The notes under the pieces were generated by a model. That model was not told the origin of the DNA. It was given only the letters and a program-made list of their open reading frames with translations, and did no database searches. Position numbers and translations under genes: made by a program. From a virus, in the IMG/VR virus record IMGVR_UViG_3300026549_000138: 42,274 nucleotides of DNA; one strand, 5' to 3'. Positions 32,515-42,274 of this stretch are shown here, in pieces (the stretch's first letter is position 1; the number at the start of each line of letters is the position of its first letter).

Positions 32515-34869
32515 ATGGCAAAGTATTTACGATATATGGGTGAGTTCCTGAGCCACGCAAACACCGTGTGGCGAGTGGAGATTTTGCAAGAGGCTGACAA
32601 GGCATTTGCCCGTGTCGGCCAACTCACTTTTGAGGCAGAGGAAGCGTTGTTGATTGAGTGGAAACACATTGATAAAGAAGAGGTGTTGCACGGCAGCACG
32701 GCCACGATCCAAATTGAAAGCCCCGGCGATAGAACGTATGAGGATTTATATTCAATCGAGGTTGGGCAAATCCGCATGGACGTGTACAAGGATAACGTGC
32801 TTTATTGGAGTGGCGCGTTAGACCCAGAGTTTTACGAAGAGCCGTATGAGAGGGCCAGGCATTACGTCGTTACCCTCACATTTAGCGATTTTGGCATTTT
32901 GGGCAGATTGAAATACAATCTGTCTGGTATGCAGACGTTGCACGATATTTTGGTGAACGCACTGAGCCGCAGCACCATCAATTACGCAGCTTTGGACGAT
33001 ACGACCTATTGCAGCACATATTTTGCTGATAGCAACGCCAAGGCCACACCATCCGCATTGTCAGTAAGGAGTGAAAATTTCTTTGATGAGGATGGTGAGG
33101 CAAGCACGTTGGAAGATGTGTTGATTGGCATATTGCAGCCGTTGGCGTTGAAGATGGTACAGCGCAATGGCAAAATCGTGGTGTATGACCTCAACGGATT
33201 GCGCCAGAACGCCCCACGCAGAGTGATTGAGTGGGATGGTGATAGCCAGACGATGGGCGTTGACAAGGTGGCCAATAACGTGAAGATTGGTTTTTCCCCG
33301 TATTCGTCGGCTAAGTTGCTGGAGGGAGAATTGGAGTACAAAGATACCTTTGATGCCTCATTAACAAATCTGACAAGCGACACAAGCGGTTGTGTGGCTG
33401 GATTGGAATATTATTCGTATTACCCCAATTATGGTGAGATACGGCAAGGAAACAGTGTTGATTACAACCTGATTAACTTTACTATCTTTGCCAGCACCAA
33501 GGGCAAGGGATTGGCGTATTTAAGCCCGTCGGCCAAATATTGCCACATTCAGCCGATGGTGAGCGGCCCCAGCGAAGAAACGGCAATTGCATGGAGTTTT
33601 TACACGGGTGGCCACGGCTCATTAGATACGGGATGGCCAAAACGGAAATTGAACCCCGTGGCCAATGCCGCTAATGGTATATTGATGAAAACCAACCGTG
33701 TTTTCATTCCCAAACTGAGCGATGCCGACCGTAAGAAATATTATCTGAAACTATCATTGGAAATGCTGTTGGATGCCCGTTACAACCCATTCAACGATGC
33801 CAAGAATAATGAAGAGGGCAGATACGACCAATTCAAGGTATGGACGGGATGGGCGTTTGTACCCGTCGGCATTACACTCTATGATAACAATGGAAACGCC
33901 ATCTGCCATTACGTCAATCGGCCAAAGACGATAACGGGAACACAGGGCAACATATATTGGTCAACGCTCGACACCATGACCGTTTACGGCCAAGTGCCAG
34001 CCGTCAGTTGGCAGGCAGGGGAGGCCGCATTTGGCGATTGTTGGTTGGAGTATTACGACCCGTCGGATTTGGAAGAGAGCGCAGGGATATTGGGTTGGCA
34101 CAAGAACCGACACAACATTGGCAGACCAGACGTTTCAAGCCGAAAAGGTGGCTCAACCGATGGCATGGTTGATTACAGAAAGGGTTATTTTCCATCGTGG
34201 GATTACGGCCACTTTTATATGTATGAGAGTTTTAAGGCCCAGCCAGACGGTGAGTTTATCCCATACCCAGCCAATGGTGGATATTTGGAGATTGTGGTGT
34301 ACCAGGGCGTGAATTGTTACGATTTTGGCGAAGAGCACGATTTTGATACAACGGCACAATGGAACAACAAAGGACTTTACAACAAAGTGCGTTGGTTGCT
34401 TTACAAAGCCCCCGTGTTGGAGGTGGTGCGTAAGAACCTCATATTTGACGATGCAGAGTTGGACGATGTGGAATATTCGGGCTACATCAATAAGGCCGCG
34501 AAAGAGGAAATCAGCATTGACACCATTTGCGGAACGGCTAACAAGGTTTGCCCCACGGCCAAAGGTATCTACCATCGTGCATCTGACAGCCTGCAAATAC
34601 AGACATTGAAAAGGGCCGGTGTGACTGACCACCCCGAAAGATTGCTGATTGGTACGCTTTACAGCCAATATGCCAGCCGACACACGACGTTGGAGGGTGA
34701 GGCAGTCATTGACACGGGCGATTTGGCCGCATATACAGAGAGAAACCAGAAAGGCAAAGTGTTCATCATAAGCGAGGAAGCGCAGGACGTGATTACGGAC
34801 ACGACGGATGCCGTGTTTACTGAGTTCAACGCCGATGAGTACGAAGCCATCGAAGAAGTGGAGGGTTAG
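32515..34869 (+). CDS. Tail tip/baseplate structural protein (distal-tail-protein position)
   Basis: 784 aa, immediately after the tape measure. The call is by synteny only. Confidence 0.5.
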   Translation: MAKYLRYMGEFLSHANTVWRVEILQEADKAFARVGQLTFEAEEALLIEWKHIDKEEVLHGSTATIQIESPGDRTYEDLYSIEVGQIRMDVYKDNVLYWSGALDPEFYEEPYERARHYVVTLTFSDFGILGRLKYNLSGMQTLHDILVNALSRSTINYAALDDTTYCSTYFADSNAKATPSALSVRSENFFDEDGEASTLEDVLIGILQPLALKMVQRNGKIVVYDLNGLRQNAPRRVIEWDGDSQTMGVDKVANNVKIGFSPYSSAKLLEGELEYKDTFDASLTNLTSDTSGCVAGLEYYSYYPNYGEIRQGNSVDYNLINFTIFASTKGKGLAYLSPSAKYCHIQPMVSGPSEETAIAWSFYTGGHGSLDTGWPKRKLNPVANAANGILMKTNRVFIPKLSDADRKKYYLKLSLEMLLDARYNPFNDAKNNEEGRYDQFKVWTGWAFVPVGITLYDNNGNAICHYVNRPKTITGTQGNIYWSTLDTMTVYGQVPAVSWQAGEAAFGDCWLEYYDPSDLEESAGILGWHKNRHNIGRPDVSSRKGGSTDGMVDYRKGYFPSWDYGHFYMYESFKAQPDGEFIPYPANGGYLEIVVYQGVNCYDFGEEHDFDTTAQWNNKGLYNKVRWLLYKAPVLEVVRKNLIFDDAELDDVEYSGYINKAAKEEISIDTICGTANKVCPTAKGIYHRASDSLQIQTLKRAGVTDHPERLLIGTLYSQYASRHTTLEGEAVIDTGDLAAYTERNQKGKVFIISEEAQDVITDTTDAVFTEFNADEYEAIEEVEG

Positions 34870-34872
34870 CGC

Positions 34873-36588
34873 ATGGATAAGAAATACACAGCAGTAACCA
34901 CCAACCGCACACCGCGCCCACGCAGTCAGAGATTGCGTGAGCAGGGCATTGGCAGCGTTGCAAGTACCGTGGTGCTGAATGGCGACACGGGAGGCAGCAG
35001 CGTACCATCTGGCGACGGCCACACCCATGCCAACAAATCCGCGCTCGACCAGATAAGCACCGACAGCCAAGGTTATGAGTATCTGACCCGGTACGTTGAG
35101 GTGACAGACCCCGACACGGGCGAGACCTCATTGCAGCAGGTAACGGAAAAGGTCAAAGCCGGATATGCCGACGTTGCCCACGACCTCACACCCGACAGCC
35201 CCGTGCGCCAACAATTCCTGAGCCGTATTGCAGACGATGTGGCGCAGGGTAAAATTACCTTTGAGCAGGGATTGATTGCCGTTGGTATGGCCATATTCCA
35301 AGATGGCGCAGAGTTTGGTGAGTTCGTCAAGTCTTTATATGCTGGCAAGGGCGCAGGTATTGACAAAGACGGCAATGCAGAGTTTGAGAGCGTGAGAGTG
35401 CGCACATACTTTGAGGCCGTTGAGTTAATCATCAACCGACTGTCAGCCATCGAGGGCGACCAATTGTTGACTGAGGCCGACACAATCGAGAGAGTTGTGG
35501 ATTTGGGCGACAATTGTTATGGCCTATATTTGCACCCAAAATGGGAGGGATATTTTACCGCCCAAGCCGTCGGCAATGTGCTGAAAGGCATTATCAATAA
35601 TTTGGGTGCAGTGGCATTGGGCATGACGGGCCAGGGAAACGCCGCCATGTACACCTCATGGATGAGGGTAAACAGCGTAAACCCCACGCTCAATTACATT
35701 GAGGTGACGATGTACCCCGACGATGAGACCCCAGCCGGAAAGAACTTTTTGCCGTGCGAGTTGATGAAGATTGCCCGATGGGGAAACCAGACCGACAAGA
35801 CACGCCAAAGCTGCATTTATCTGTCAAGCACGGAGGGGCGCATTGTGCATTTGAATGGCGTGACAAAGCCCATCATTGACCAATCCAACTATGCAGCCAC
35901 CTTTGGCACGATACCAGAGTTTGTTAAGCACATGACCGACCGCGAGGGAAACCCGTTACCATTGCGCGACAATCTGGATTACGTTTACATCGGTGGCCTC
36001 ATCGTGCAGGACGTGATAAGGGTGGATTTCCAAGGCAAGCCGATTGTTACATACGTCGATCGTGGCCAATGGTATGCCGCCGCCAATTATTATTGCGAGG
36101 CCAAGAACCCCACGACGGGCGTATGGGAAACAAGCGATGTGTGGTACATGGGTTGCAAATATCGGTGTTGCAAGAATCTGACAAAGACCGCCCCGGCATG
36201 GAACAATACCGATTGGGCAATGGTTGAGGGCAACCCAGATTTTACGGTTGAGTTTGCCGATACTGATTACCTTTTCGACCCCGACCGATTTGCCGTGACA
36301 TTGACCATCATTGCCAAACTCCACAACATTGACGTGACCGCTGACATTCTGGATGCCGATGTGATATGGACGCGATACAGCGAAGATGATAAGGGCGTTG
36401 AGCGAGTGGCCAGCGATAACGCATGGGCATTGAAACGGGCAGGTGCAGGAAAATCCATCAATCTGACAGCCGCCGACGTGGATTTCAACGGGTATGTGCC
36501 AAGGGTGTTAAGGTACACGGCCACGGTGACATTGCGCGACGGTATGGGAGAGCCAGCGGCCACGGAGAGCGTTAGTTTTGAGTTTTAA
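34873..36588 (+). CDS. Tail tip/baseplate or fibre-associated structural protein
   Basis: 571 aa. The GDGHTHANKSALDQIS motif is seen in phage tail fibre and spike N-terminal regions. Confidence 0.5.
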   Translation: MDKKYTAVTTNRTPRPRSQRLREQGIGSVASTVVLNGDTGGSSVPSGDGHTHANKSALDQISTDSQGYEYLTRYVEVTDPDTGETSLQQVTEKVKAGYADVAHDLTPDSPVRQQFLSRIADDVAQGKITFEQGLIAVGMAIFQDGAEFGEFVKSLYAGKGAGIDKDGNAEFESVRVRTYFEAVELIINRLSAIEGDQLLTEADTIERVVDLGDNCYGLYLHPKWEGYFTAQAVGNVLKGIINNLGAVALGMTGQGNAAMYTSWMRVNSVNPTLNYIEVTMYPDDETPAGKNFLPCELMKIARWGNQTDKTRQSCIYLSSTEGRIVHLNGVTKPIIDQSNYAATFGTIPEFVKHMTDREGNPLPLRDNLDYVYIGGLIVQDVIRVDFQGKPIVTYVDRGQWYAAANYYCEAKNPTTGVWETSDVWYMGCKYRCCKNLTKTAPAWNNTDWAMVEGNPDFTVEFADTDYLFDPDRFAVTLTIIAKLHNIDVTADILDADVIWTRYSEDDKGVERVASDNAWALKRAGAGKSINLTAADVDFNGYVPRVLRYTATVTLRDGMGEPAATESVSFEF

Positions 36589-36607
36589 CATATAAGCAGC
36601 TGAATAT

Positions 36608-37768
36608 ATGAAAACAAGAAGATTTGATTTTAACTTTAAGCCGTTGCAGGTTAGCCGCACGATTGCGGTTGATGGCAGCGTACCGGCCCGACAGACGTAT
36701 GATGCCGAATCGGGATTGTTTACGCCTGATTACACCCTCACGCCCCTCATTATCCAACCGCGAATCGGGCGCATGGATAAGGACGAGATTTTGACATCGG
36801 GCAGCATTAACCATCTTTTGGCCAATGTGCGTTGGTATGAGATTATTGATGGTACTAAGACCCTCATTGAGACTACCAATGCCGATTATGAGATTACGGC
36901 AAGCGGAAAAGATGCCGGACGTATTAAGGTAAAAAAGAACGCAGAGCCTCAGCACCCGATTACGCTGGAGTTTTATGCCGAGTACACTGACAGCCGTACA
37001 GGGCAGTTGTACGTCATTCAAGACACATTCCCCATCATGTGCAGGAACTCCACGGCATTGCCTGAGTTGTTTTTGGATGCCGCCGACCAAACCATTTATG
37101 ACCCCCTCATTGACGTGGCCGACCAGACCGTGACCGCCAGCCTTAAATTAGGTACAAAGGAGTGTGCAGTGGATAACCGCCTTTTCGTGTGGGAACTGTT
37201 ACGCGACGATGGCACATGGTCAGTGGTAGGCGCAGAGCCAGCATTGGATTATTGCATTGACGTGGCCGCCGATGGCCTCAGTGCTGTTGTGCATCGTGAC
37301 CTCATGGGCGAATCATTGGCGTTGCGTTGCAGGGCGAAATATGACCCAGAGGGCAACCCAGCAACCATTACGCTCAACGATGGAAGCCCCTGCAAGGTGG
37401 TGGAGTTTGTGCGTCGAATCCACAAGTATGATTTTGACATCGTAGATTGCCCCGTGAATATCCCCAGCGGAATGTTGGCTATTGCCCCACGCGCATCTAT
37501 TTATGACACTCACGGAGAGATTACCAACCCCGAAAGGGAATTGATCGTACTTTGGTACGTGGCCACGAATAAGGCCAGCGGCGCATTGTCGTACAGCCTC
37601 ATTGCCCACGGCCAAGAGCCGGATATGTTACCCACGTCAGCCATGAACGCCCAATTTGGTGCAGTGTATGGCATTGACGTTAAGGACATCGGCCCCGTGG
37701 CTGCATGGGAAGATGGCGACGGCAAGTTGTTCGAAGATGGCGATGGAAATATTATTTTAATTCACTAA
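36608..37768 (+). CDS. Hypothetical tail-module protein
   Basis: It is a 386-aa ORF in the tail module. Confidence 0.5.
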   Translation: MKTRRFDFNFKPLQVSRTIAVDGSVPARQTYDAESGLFTPDYTLTPLIIQPRIGRMDKDEILTSGSINHLLANVRWYEIIDGTKTLIETTNADYEITASGKDAGRIKVKKNAEPQHPITLEFYAEYTDSRTGQLYVIQDTFPIMCRNSTALPELFLDAADQTIYDPLIDVADQTVTASLKLGTKECAVDNRLFVWELLRDDGTWSVVGAEPALDYCIDVAADGLSAVVHRDLMGESLALRCRAKYDPEGNPATITLNDGSPCKVVEFVRRIHKYDFDIVDCPVNIPSGMLAIAPRASIYDTHGEITNPERELIVLWYVATNKASGALSYSLIAHGQEPDMLPTSAMNAQFGAVYGIDVKDIGPVAAWEDGDGKLFEDGDGNIILIH

Positions 37769-37782
37769 AAAATATCGAGATT

Positions 37783-38244
37783 ATGGCACGTTACATTAAA
37801 GCAAATCCGAAAGTTGCAAGTTATTTGCATCTGGAAAATGACCGTCTGAAACTGAAAGATGGTAATTACATTCTTTGGCAGGGCGATATGACCGCATTTG
37901 GCCCATTGCCTATGCTCAACGAGACACTAACGCAGATTGGCGGCATTGCCCTCATGCCCCATGAGGCCAAGCAAGAGCAGGATGGCACGTACAACCGACC
38001 TTTGCCCGTGGCCACCGATGAGCGTTTTATCATGGATGAGGCCAAGGCAGACCCCGAACATCAGACAGACGATGAGGCAGAAGCCGTGACCGATGAAAAC
38101 GGAGAGGGCCAGGCCCCAGCAGCCGCCAGCACCGAAGAGCCGACAGACGATGAGGGCGATGGCGATACCGACGAAGAGCCAGCCGAAGCGGAAGCCGAGG
38201 CCGAGAGTGAGACAACCGAATCTGAAAACCCCGAAACAGAATAA
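37783..38244 (+). CDS. Hypothetical protein with a highly acidic C-terminal tail
   Basis: I preferred the ATG at 37783 (MARYIKANPK). The C-terminus is TDDEGDGDTDEEPAEAEAEAESETTESENPETE. Confidence 0.5.
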   Translation: MARYIKANPKVASYLHLENDRLKLKDGNYILWQGDMTAFGPLPMLNETLTQIGGIALMPHEAKQEQDGTYNRPLPVATDERFIMDEAKADPEHQTDDEAEAVTDENGEGQAPAAASTEEPTDDEGDGDTDEEPAEAEAEAESETTESENPETE

Positions 38245-38247
38245 GCC

Positions 38248-39306
38248 ATGAGCAGTGCATCAACAACAAGAACCATCAAATTTGTGTCTAAGGCTGGAAC
38301 GTATGCCGCCGTTATCATGTGTCCTGATGGTGACATATACCAGGAATGGGAGGGCAGCACCAGCCAAGTAACGGGTATCTACCCCAATTTTGAGGTAACG
38401 AAACCCAAACTCTATTTCGTATGCACGTCGAGCCGTGTGGCCGAGGGTGTTGCAACACCCGATGCCATCAATTTCTATTTCAACGGCACACTCATTCAGT
38501 GGAATGGCGATACCAGCACGGGAACATTTGCAGGGCTGTTTAAGAAGATTGCCCCGGCAGGTGACAACCTTTATTATGGTATTCAGATTGTCAAGAACAT
38601 TGCACAGGCCGCAGGATTTGCGCCAGCCGTCATTAAGATGGTGGCCACCGTGTCATACGGCACTCAGACTGACCAAATCGAAGCATCGTACAATATTCCC
38701 ATCCAACAGGCCACGGGCAACGGAATCCGCGTGACGATCGTAAGCCCCGACGGAAAGAACTTTGTCATTAACGACAAGGGGAGCAGCTGTCAGTTAAAGG
38801 CAATGGCCTATCAGAAAGGCACGGAACTCACGGCCAATCTGTCATACGTGTGGGAGCAGATGCAGGCCAGCGGATGGGTAGTGTTGACGGGTAAGACAAC
38901 CCAGACCATTACCGTGCAGGACACCGACATCAACAGTTACGGTGAATTTCGCGTTACCGTCAACCGTGGAAGCGGAACGAGTGCGGAGGAATTGGGCAAG
39001 GACATTCAGGGCGTTATGGATGCCAGCGACCCATTGCAGGTTGACCCACACCCCAGCCCCGAAGATGAGGCCATCACAGAGGACACCAGCGGCAACGGCA
39101 CTGTCACGTACACGCCCGTTGTGGTCAAGCGAGGAACAAGCACCAAGGCGTTAGACACCACGTTTTATTTCGTGGTCAAGGATGCCGTGGGCAATTACCT
39201 CAACCCCGGCAGCATGGGAACGGCCAAAGCCACAGAGACCGTGACCAGAGCGCAGTGTGTTCAGGCAGGTGGCGACGTATCAATTACAATCACATCAAAG
39301 GACTAA
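38248..39306 (+). CDS. Hypothetical virion/tail-fibre-module protein (beta-rich)
   Basis: It is a 352-aa ORF in the tail module. Confidence 0.5.
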   Translation: MSSASTTRTIKFVSKAGTYAAVIMCPDGDIYQEWEGSTSQVTGIYPNFEVTKPKLYFVCTSSRVAEGVATPDAINFYFNGTLIQWNGDTSTGTFAGLFKKIAPAGDNLYYGIQIVKNIAQAAGFAPAVIKMVATVSYGTQTDQIEASYNIPIQQATGNGIRVTIVSPDGKNFVINDKGSSCQLKAMAYQKGTELTANLSYVWEQMQASGWVVLTGKTTQTITVQDTDINSYGEFRVTVNRGSGTSAEELGKDIQGVMDASDPLQVDPHPSPEDEAITEDTSGNGTVTYTPVVVKRGTSTKALDTTFYFVVKDAVGNYLNPGSMGTAKATETVTRAQCVQAGGDVSITITSKD

Positions 39307-39309
39307 GTT

Positions 39310-41391
39310 ATGCCATCCGTTACCAGAATCGTTAAGTTTATCCGCAAGGGTGAGAAAGGCGACAATGGCCGCAGTGTGTTGGGCGTTGATGTTGAGTATG
39401 CACAAAGCACCTCAAACACCACCGCCCCCACAAGCGGATGGAGTACCGATGCCCCTGCATGGATTGATGGGCAATACATCTGGAGCAGAACACGCATTGA
39501 CTATTCGGAGGGCGACCCCGAATATACCGACCCCGTTTGCATAACGGGAGGCAAGGGAAGCACGGGCAATGGCGTTGTGAATATCACAGAAGAGTATTAC
39601 CGAAGCACAAGCGCGTACAGTCTCAGTGGTGGCAGTTGGTCAACGTCACGCCCGACGTGGATTAGTGGTTATTATATCTGGACGCGCTCACACATCGTTT
39701 TGACTGACCGCGATTTTTACACCACGGCCATTTGCGTGACAGGTGCAAGAGGTAGCAACGGCACAACTTATTACACATGGATTAAGTATGCCGACAGCCT
39801 GAGCAGTTTGGGTTATCCTGCATCCATGTATGACACACCAACCGAAAACACAGCGTATATTGGCATTGCCAAGAATAAAACCACATCAACCGAGGGCACA
39901 GACCCCAGCGTTTACACATGGGCGAAGATTAAAGGTGAAGATGGGGCCGATGGTACGTCATTCACGGCAAAGGGTAGCGCAGACGGGCATTTTGCATCAA
40001 TCGCCGATTATTCCGCTGCATCAAAGACTAACGGCCATTATTATTTGGTTGATATTCCTGATACAACCACATATCCAGATGGCGCGTGTGTAATGATGCC
40101 GACAAACAGAGGCGATGCAACGTATTATTGCGAGGATGGCGATGCCTACACAACCGCTGATAAGCATTTGTGGGTTAAGGACGGTGGTTATTGGATTGAT
40201 TTAGGAGAAATCCAAGGCCCAAAGGGTGACAAAGGCGACAAGGGCGACAAGGGCGACCGTGGAAACGTCGGCCCCTCATTGCGCGGCCCTCAGAATTGGG
40301 CAGATGTGGCCGTTGGTTACAACTTCTACCAAGGAGCGGAAACAGAGCCATACAAAGATGTTGTTATCTGGAATGGCAACTATTACTCATGTGTGAAGAG
40401 CCACACCAAGACCGCCAACAATTACCCGTTGAGCGATGCCGACAATACAAACCACTATTGGCAGACCACGGACAAAGTGGAGATTGTGGCCACACAGATA
40501 TTGTTGGCCACGTATGCAGTCATTAAGAATTTGGGTGTTGAGGCCATCGAAATGAAGAACGCCGCCGGAAACACGGTGTTTCTTGCAAAGGATGGTGTTG
40601 TGACCTGCCAGACGGGAACATTCAACAACATTACTGTACAGAGTGGCAAGATTGCTGGATTTACTATCAGCGGCAACGGATTGTCAAATGACCCATTCAC
40701 CAATGATGCTTACATCATTTTCAGAAATGACAGCAAAAAGGCATTTGCAGGAATAGGTGGTAATGTACTCCCGACCTCATCGGGATTGAGAGCCGTGGCA
40801 CGGTTTGAGAATGAGGACACAAGCGATCAATGGGGAATTGGTGCTAACTATGCGCTCATATTATCGGCAAAGAATGGTGGCCGAAATTATGCCTTTAAGG
40901 GTAGTGGCAACGGCATATTAGATGGCTGGATTGCTGGCTATCAGTTCTATAAATATACGATTGCAGCCGCCAACACTATCTATGAGGGTGGCGCAGTATT
41001 GAATATGAACAAAGCCAACCAATTCATTGTACATTGCGATTATGGTAATTCTGGCGTATGTTTGCCACGATTGAGTGCAGTTTGTGAAGCGTTGGGAATC
41101 AGCCAAGGCACAAATTTCATGGTTAAAATTACCATCATATCCGATTTGAGCAATAACAATAATTGGTCAGTTTACGGACGTAACAGGAACAAAAGCAGTT
41201 CAAACACATACCCGTGGAACACCGACCAATTACCGTTAATTACTCATTGGGATGGTAGCAATTGGAACTCAGTTGCAATGGGTAGCGGTGACAGCCTCAC
41301 CATCATGTTAGTATATGATAGCAGCCGTTCACAACTCATTGACAATTTCACTACTAAGTACACAGCGAGAATTATTAACAGACAAGATTAA
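39310..41391 (+). CDS. Tail fibre protein with a short collagen-like Gly-X-Y repeat
   Basis: GPKGDKGDKGDKGDRGNVGPS is encoded at 40216-40278. The 693-aa protein lies immediately upstream of the DGR target. Confidence 0.7.
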   Translation: MPSVTRIVKFIRKGEKGDNGRSVLGVDVEYAQSTSNTTAPTSGWSTDAPAWIDGQYIWSRTRIDYSEGDPEYTDPVCITGGKGSTGNGVVNITEEYYRSTSAYSLSGGSWSTSRPTWISGYYIWTRSHIVLTDRDFYTTAICVTGARGSNGTTYYTWIKYADSLSSLGYPASMYDTPTENTAYIGIAKNKTTSTEGTDPSVYTWAKIKGEDGADGTSFTAKGSADGHFASIADYSAASKTNGHYYLVDIPDTTTYPDGACVMMPTNRGDATYYCEDGDAYTTADKHLWVKDGGYWIDLGEIQGPKGDKGDKGDKGDRGNVGPSLRGPQNWADVAVGYNFYQGAETEPYKDVVIWNGNYYSCVKSHTKTANNYPLSDADNTNHYWQTTDKVEIVATQILLATYAVIKNLGVEAIEMKNAAGNTVFLAKDGVVTCQTGTFNNITVQSGKIAGFTISGNGLSNDPFTNDAYIIFRNDSKKAFAGIGGNVLPTSSGLRAVARFENEDTSDQWGIGANYALILSAKNGGRNYAFKGSGNGILDGWIAGYQFYKYTIAAANTIYEGGAVLNMNKANQFIVHCDYGNSGVCLPRLSAVCEALGISQGTNFMVKITIISDLSNNNNWSVYGRNRNKSSSNTYPWNTDQLPLITHWDGSNWNSVAMGSGDSLTIMLVYDSSRSQLIDNFTTKYTARIINRQD

Positions 41392-41416
41392 GTTTAACAA
41401 TTAAAAAAATGCAGTT

Positions 41417-42181
41417 ATGGCAAAACAGACAAAGAAACTGACAGCCCAAACAACTGTTACGACTGTCACATCGGCACAGAAATTTCCAATGACTGATGCC
41501 AACGGCAATGTAACCCTGATTACATTGGCCAATCTGAAAGCCGCTTTAATGGGTGGCCTCAACCTCAATTCGCTGGAGGATGGCGTGTTTATCATGTGCC
41601 ATCGTAAGCAAGACGATTACCCCATCATGTACAAACCACACAAGTGGACGGCACAGCAAAACGCCGGAGAGGTGGCCGACGGTGTTGTGGTAGTCGAGGG
41701 TGGCCATGTGTTAGTCGTGGCCCCGACGGAAAGCGCAACCAAACTTAATTGGGGCAGTGCCAACGTGGCAGGTGGCGGTGTGACTACCAGCAACCGCGAA
41801 ACCGCTTACAGCGATTTTGCAGGTAAGGCGAACACGGCCAGCCAAATCACCCATACCGAAATGAGCGGTGAGGGCTATGCCCCCGGCTTCTGCCATGCTT
41901 ACAGCCGCGTGAACGCCAACGGCAAGGGTTTGACCGCTGGCAAATGGTGGTTGCCATCGTTGGGCGAAATGATGATGATTTATGCCAACATGACAAAAAT
42001 CAATTATGCTTTGTCGCTCATTGAGGGTGCAACGCAGTTGGTGGAAGATGCCTATTGGACTTCGACCGAGTACAGCGCGGCCAACGCATGGCTTCTGAAC
42101 CTCAACTACGGCGGCATGTACTACTACACTAAGGCCGCGAACACGTATCGAGTGCGCCCCGTCTCAGCATTTATTTCTTAA
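41417..42181 (+). CDS. DGR target protein 2 (DUF1566/FGE-type C-type-lectin-like fold), VR2 at the C-terminus; probable receptor-binding protein
   Basis: The C-terminus is KWWLPSLGEMMMIY...AYWTSTEYSAANAWLLNLNYGGMYYYTKAANTYRVRPVSAFIS. It is the last gene of the tail-fibre module and, via the circular junction, lies directly upstream of avd. Confidence 0.9.
   Translation: MAKQTKKLTAQTTVTTVTSAQKFPMTDANGNVTLITLANLKAALMGGLNLNSLEDGVFIMCHRKQDDYPIMYKPHKWTAQQNAGEVADGVVVVEGGHVLVVAPTESATKLNWGSANVAGGGVTTSNRETAYSDFAGKANTASQITHTEMSGEGYAPGFCHAYSRVNANGKGLTAGKWWLPSLGEMMMIYANMTKINYALSLIEGATQLVEDAYWTSTEYSAANAWLLNLNYGGMYYYTKAANTYRVRPVSAFIS
42065..42169 (+). repeat. DGR variable repeat VR2
   Basis: It is 105 bp with 11 mismatches to the TR, all at TR adenines (TR index 16, 28, 29, 43, 49, 50, 55, 58, 61, 73, 82). 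Confidence 0.93.
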
Positions 42182-42206
42182 TCTTCAAACTTTAATCTTT
42201 AACCTT

Positions 42207-42230
42207 TGCACCCGTCGCAAGACGGGTGCA
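42207..42230 (+). promoter_or_regulatory. GC-rich hairpin downstream of VR2; DGR target-recognition cruciform candidate
   Basis: tgcacccgtc-gcaa-gacgggtgca lies 25 nt after the stop codon. Confidence 0.7.
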
Positions 42231-42274
42231 TTAAACAAAAGCAAGAAAGCAAATGGGTAATCAATTGAAATTGG

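Larger units (their letters stand above)
1..42147. mobile_element. Complete temperate phage genome, one circular unit (integrase and repressor, replication, packaging, HK97-like head, long-tail, lysis and DGR modules)
   Basis: All phage modules are present. Bases 1-127 repeat exactly at 42148-42274, which implies a circular or terminally redundant 42,147-bp unit. Confidence 0.85.

Noticed and set aside
34153-35070. 305-aa minus-strand ORF spanning two tail genes.
   Set aside because: It crosses the boundary between two co-directional structural genes on the opposite strand and has no motifs. It is likely a chance open frame in stop-poor sequence.
1-42274. Possible alternative genetic code (stop-codon recoding), as in some gut phages.
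   Set aside because: All large conserved genes (PolA, TerL, portal, capsid, tape measure) are uninterrupted under the standard code.
1-42274. tRNA, rRNA or CRISPR content.
   Set aside because: I could not recognise any cloverleaf-like or array-like structure by eye, but without a tRNA scanner short tRNAs cannot be strictly excluded.

Overview
The window is a complete, circularly permuted genome of a temperate siphovirus-like phage. Bases 1-127 are identical to 42148-42274, so the unit length is 42,147 bp. The host is most likely a Bacteroidota bacterium: starts lack Shine-Dalgarno sequences, TAnnTTTG-type promoter boxes are present, the integrase is Bacteroides-type, and one lipoprotein has an acidic post-Cys export signal. 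Gene order is as follows. A lysis cassette (TM/coiled-coil protein, GH108 endolysin, lipoprotein with C-terminal TM anchor) comes first. A minus-strand lysogeny block follows (tyrosine integrase, lipoprotein, XRE-type repressor). Next are an early/replication module (DUF2800-type nuclease, DUF2815-type SSB, family A DNA polymerase, C5-cytosine methyltransferase, AEP-primase/VirE helicase, VRR-NUC, SNF2 helicase) and a packaging module (HNH, TerS, TerL). The last module is an HK97-like head and long non-contractile tail (portal, protease, capsid, connectors, major tail protein, G/GT chaperone with -1 frameshift, 1239-aa tape measure, baseplate/fibre proteins). The standout system is a diversity-generating retroelement (DGR) that spans the circular junction. 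Its order is target gene with VR2 (41417-42181), a GC hairpin, avd (106-504), a 105-bp template repeat (594-698) and a reverse transcriptase (712-1914). A second variable repeat (VR1) lies in a paralogous target gene (11369-12061) inside the replication module, about 11 kb from the TR. All 12 TR/VR1 mismatches and all 11 TR/VR2 mismatches fall on TR adenines, mostly in AAC/AAT codons. Other notable items are an iteron-rich, AT-rich putative origin after the primase gene, three G8-G9 homopolymer tracts in or near the methyltransferase, a repeat-rich putative attP, and a repressor-coupled lipoprotein.
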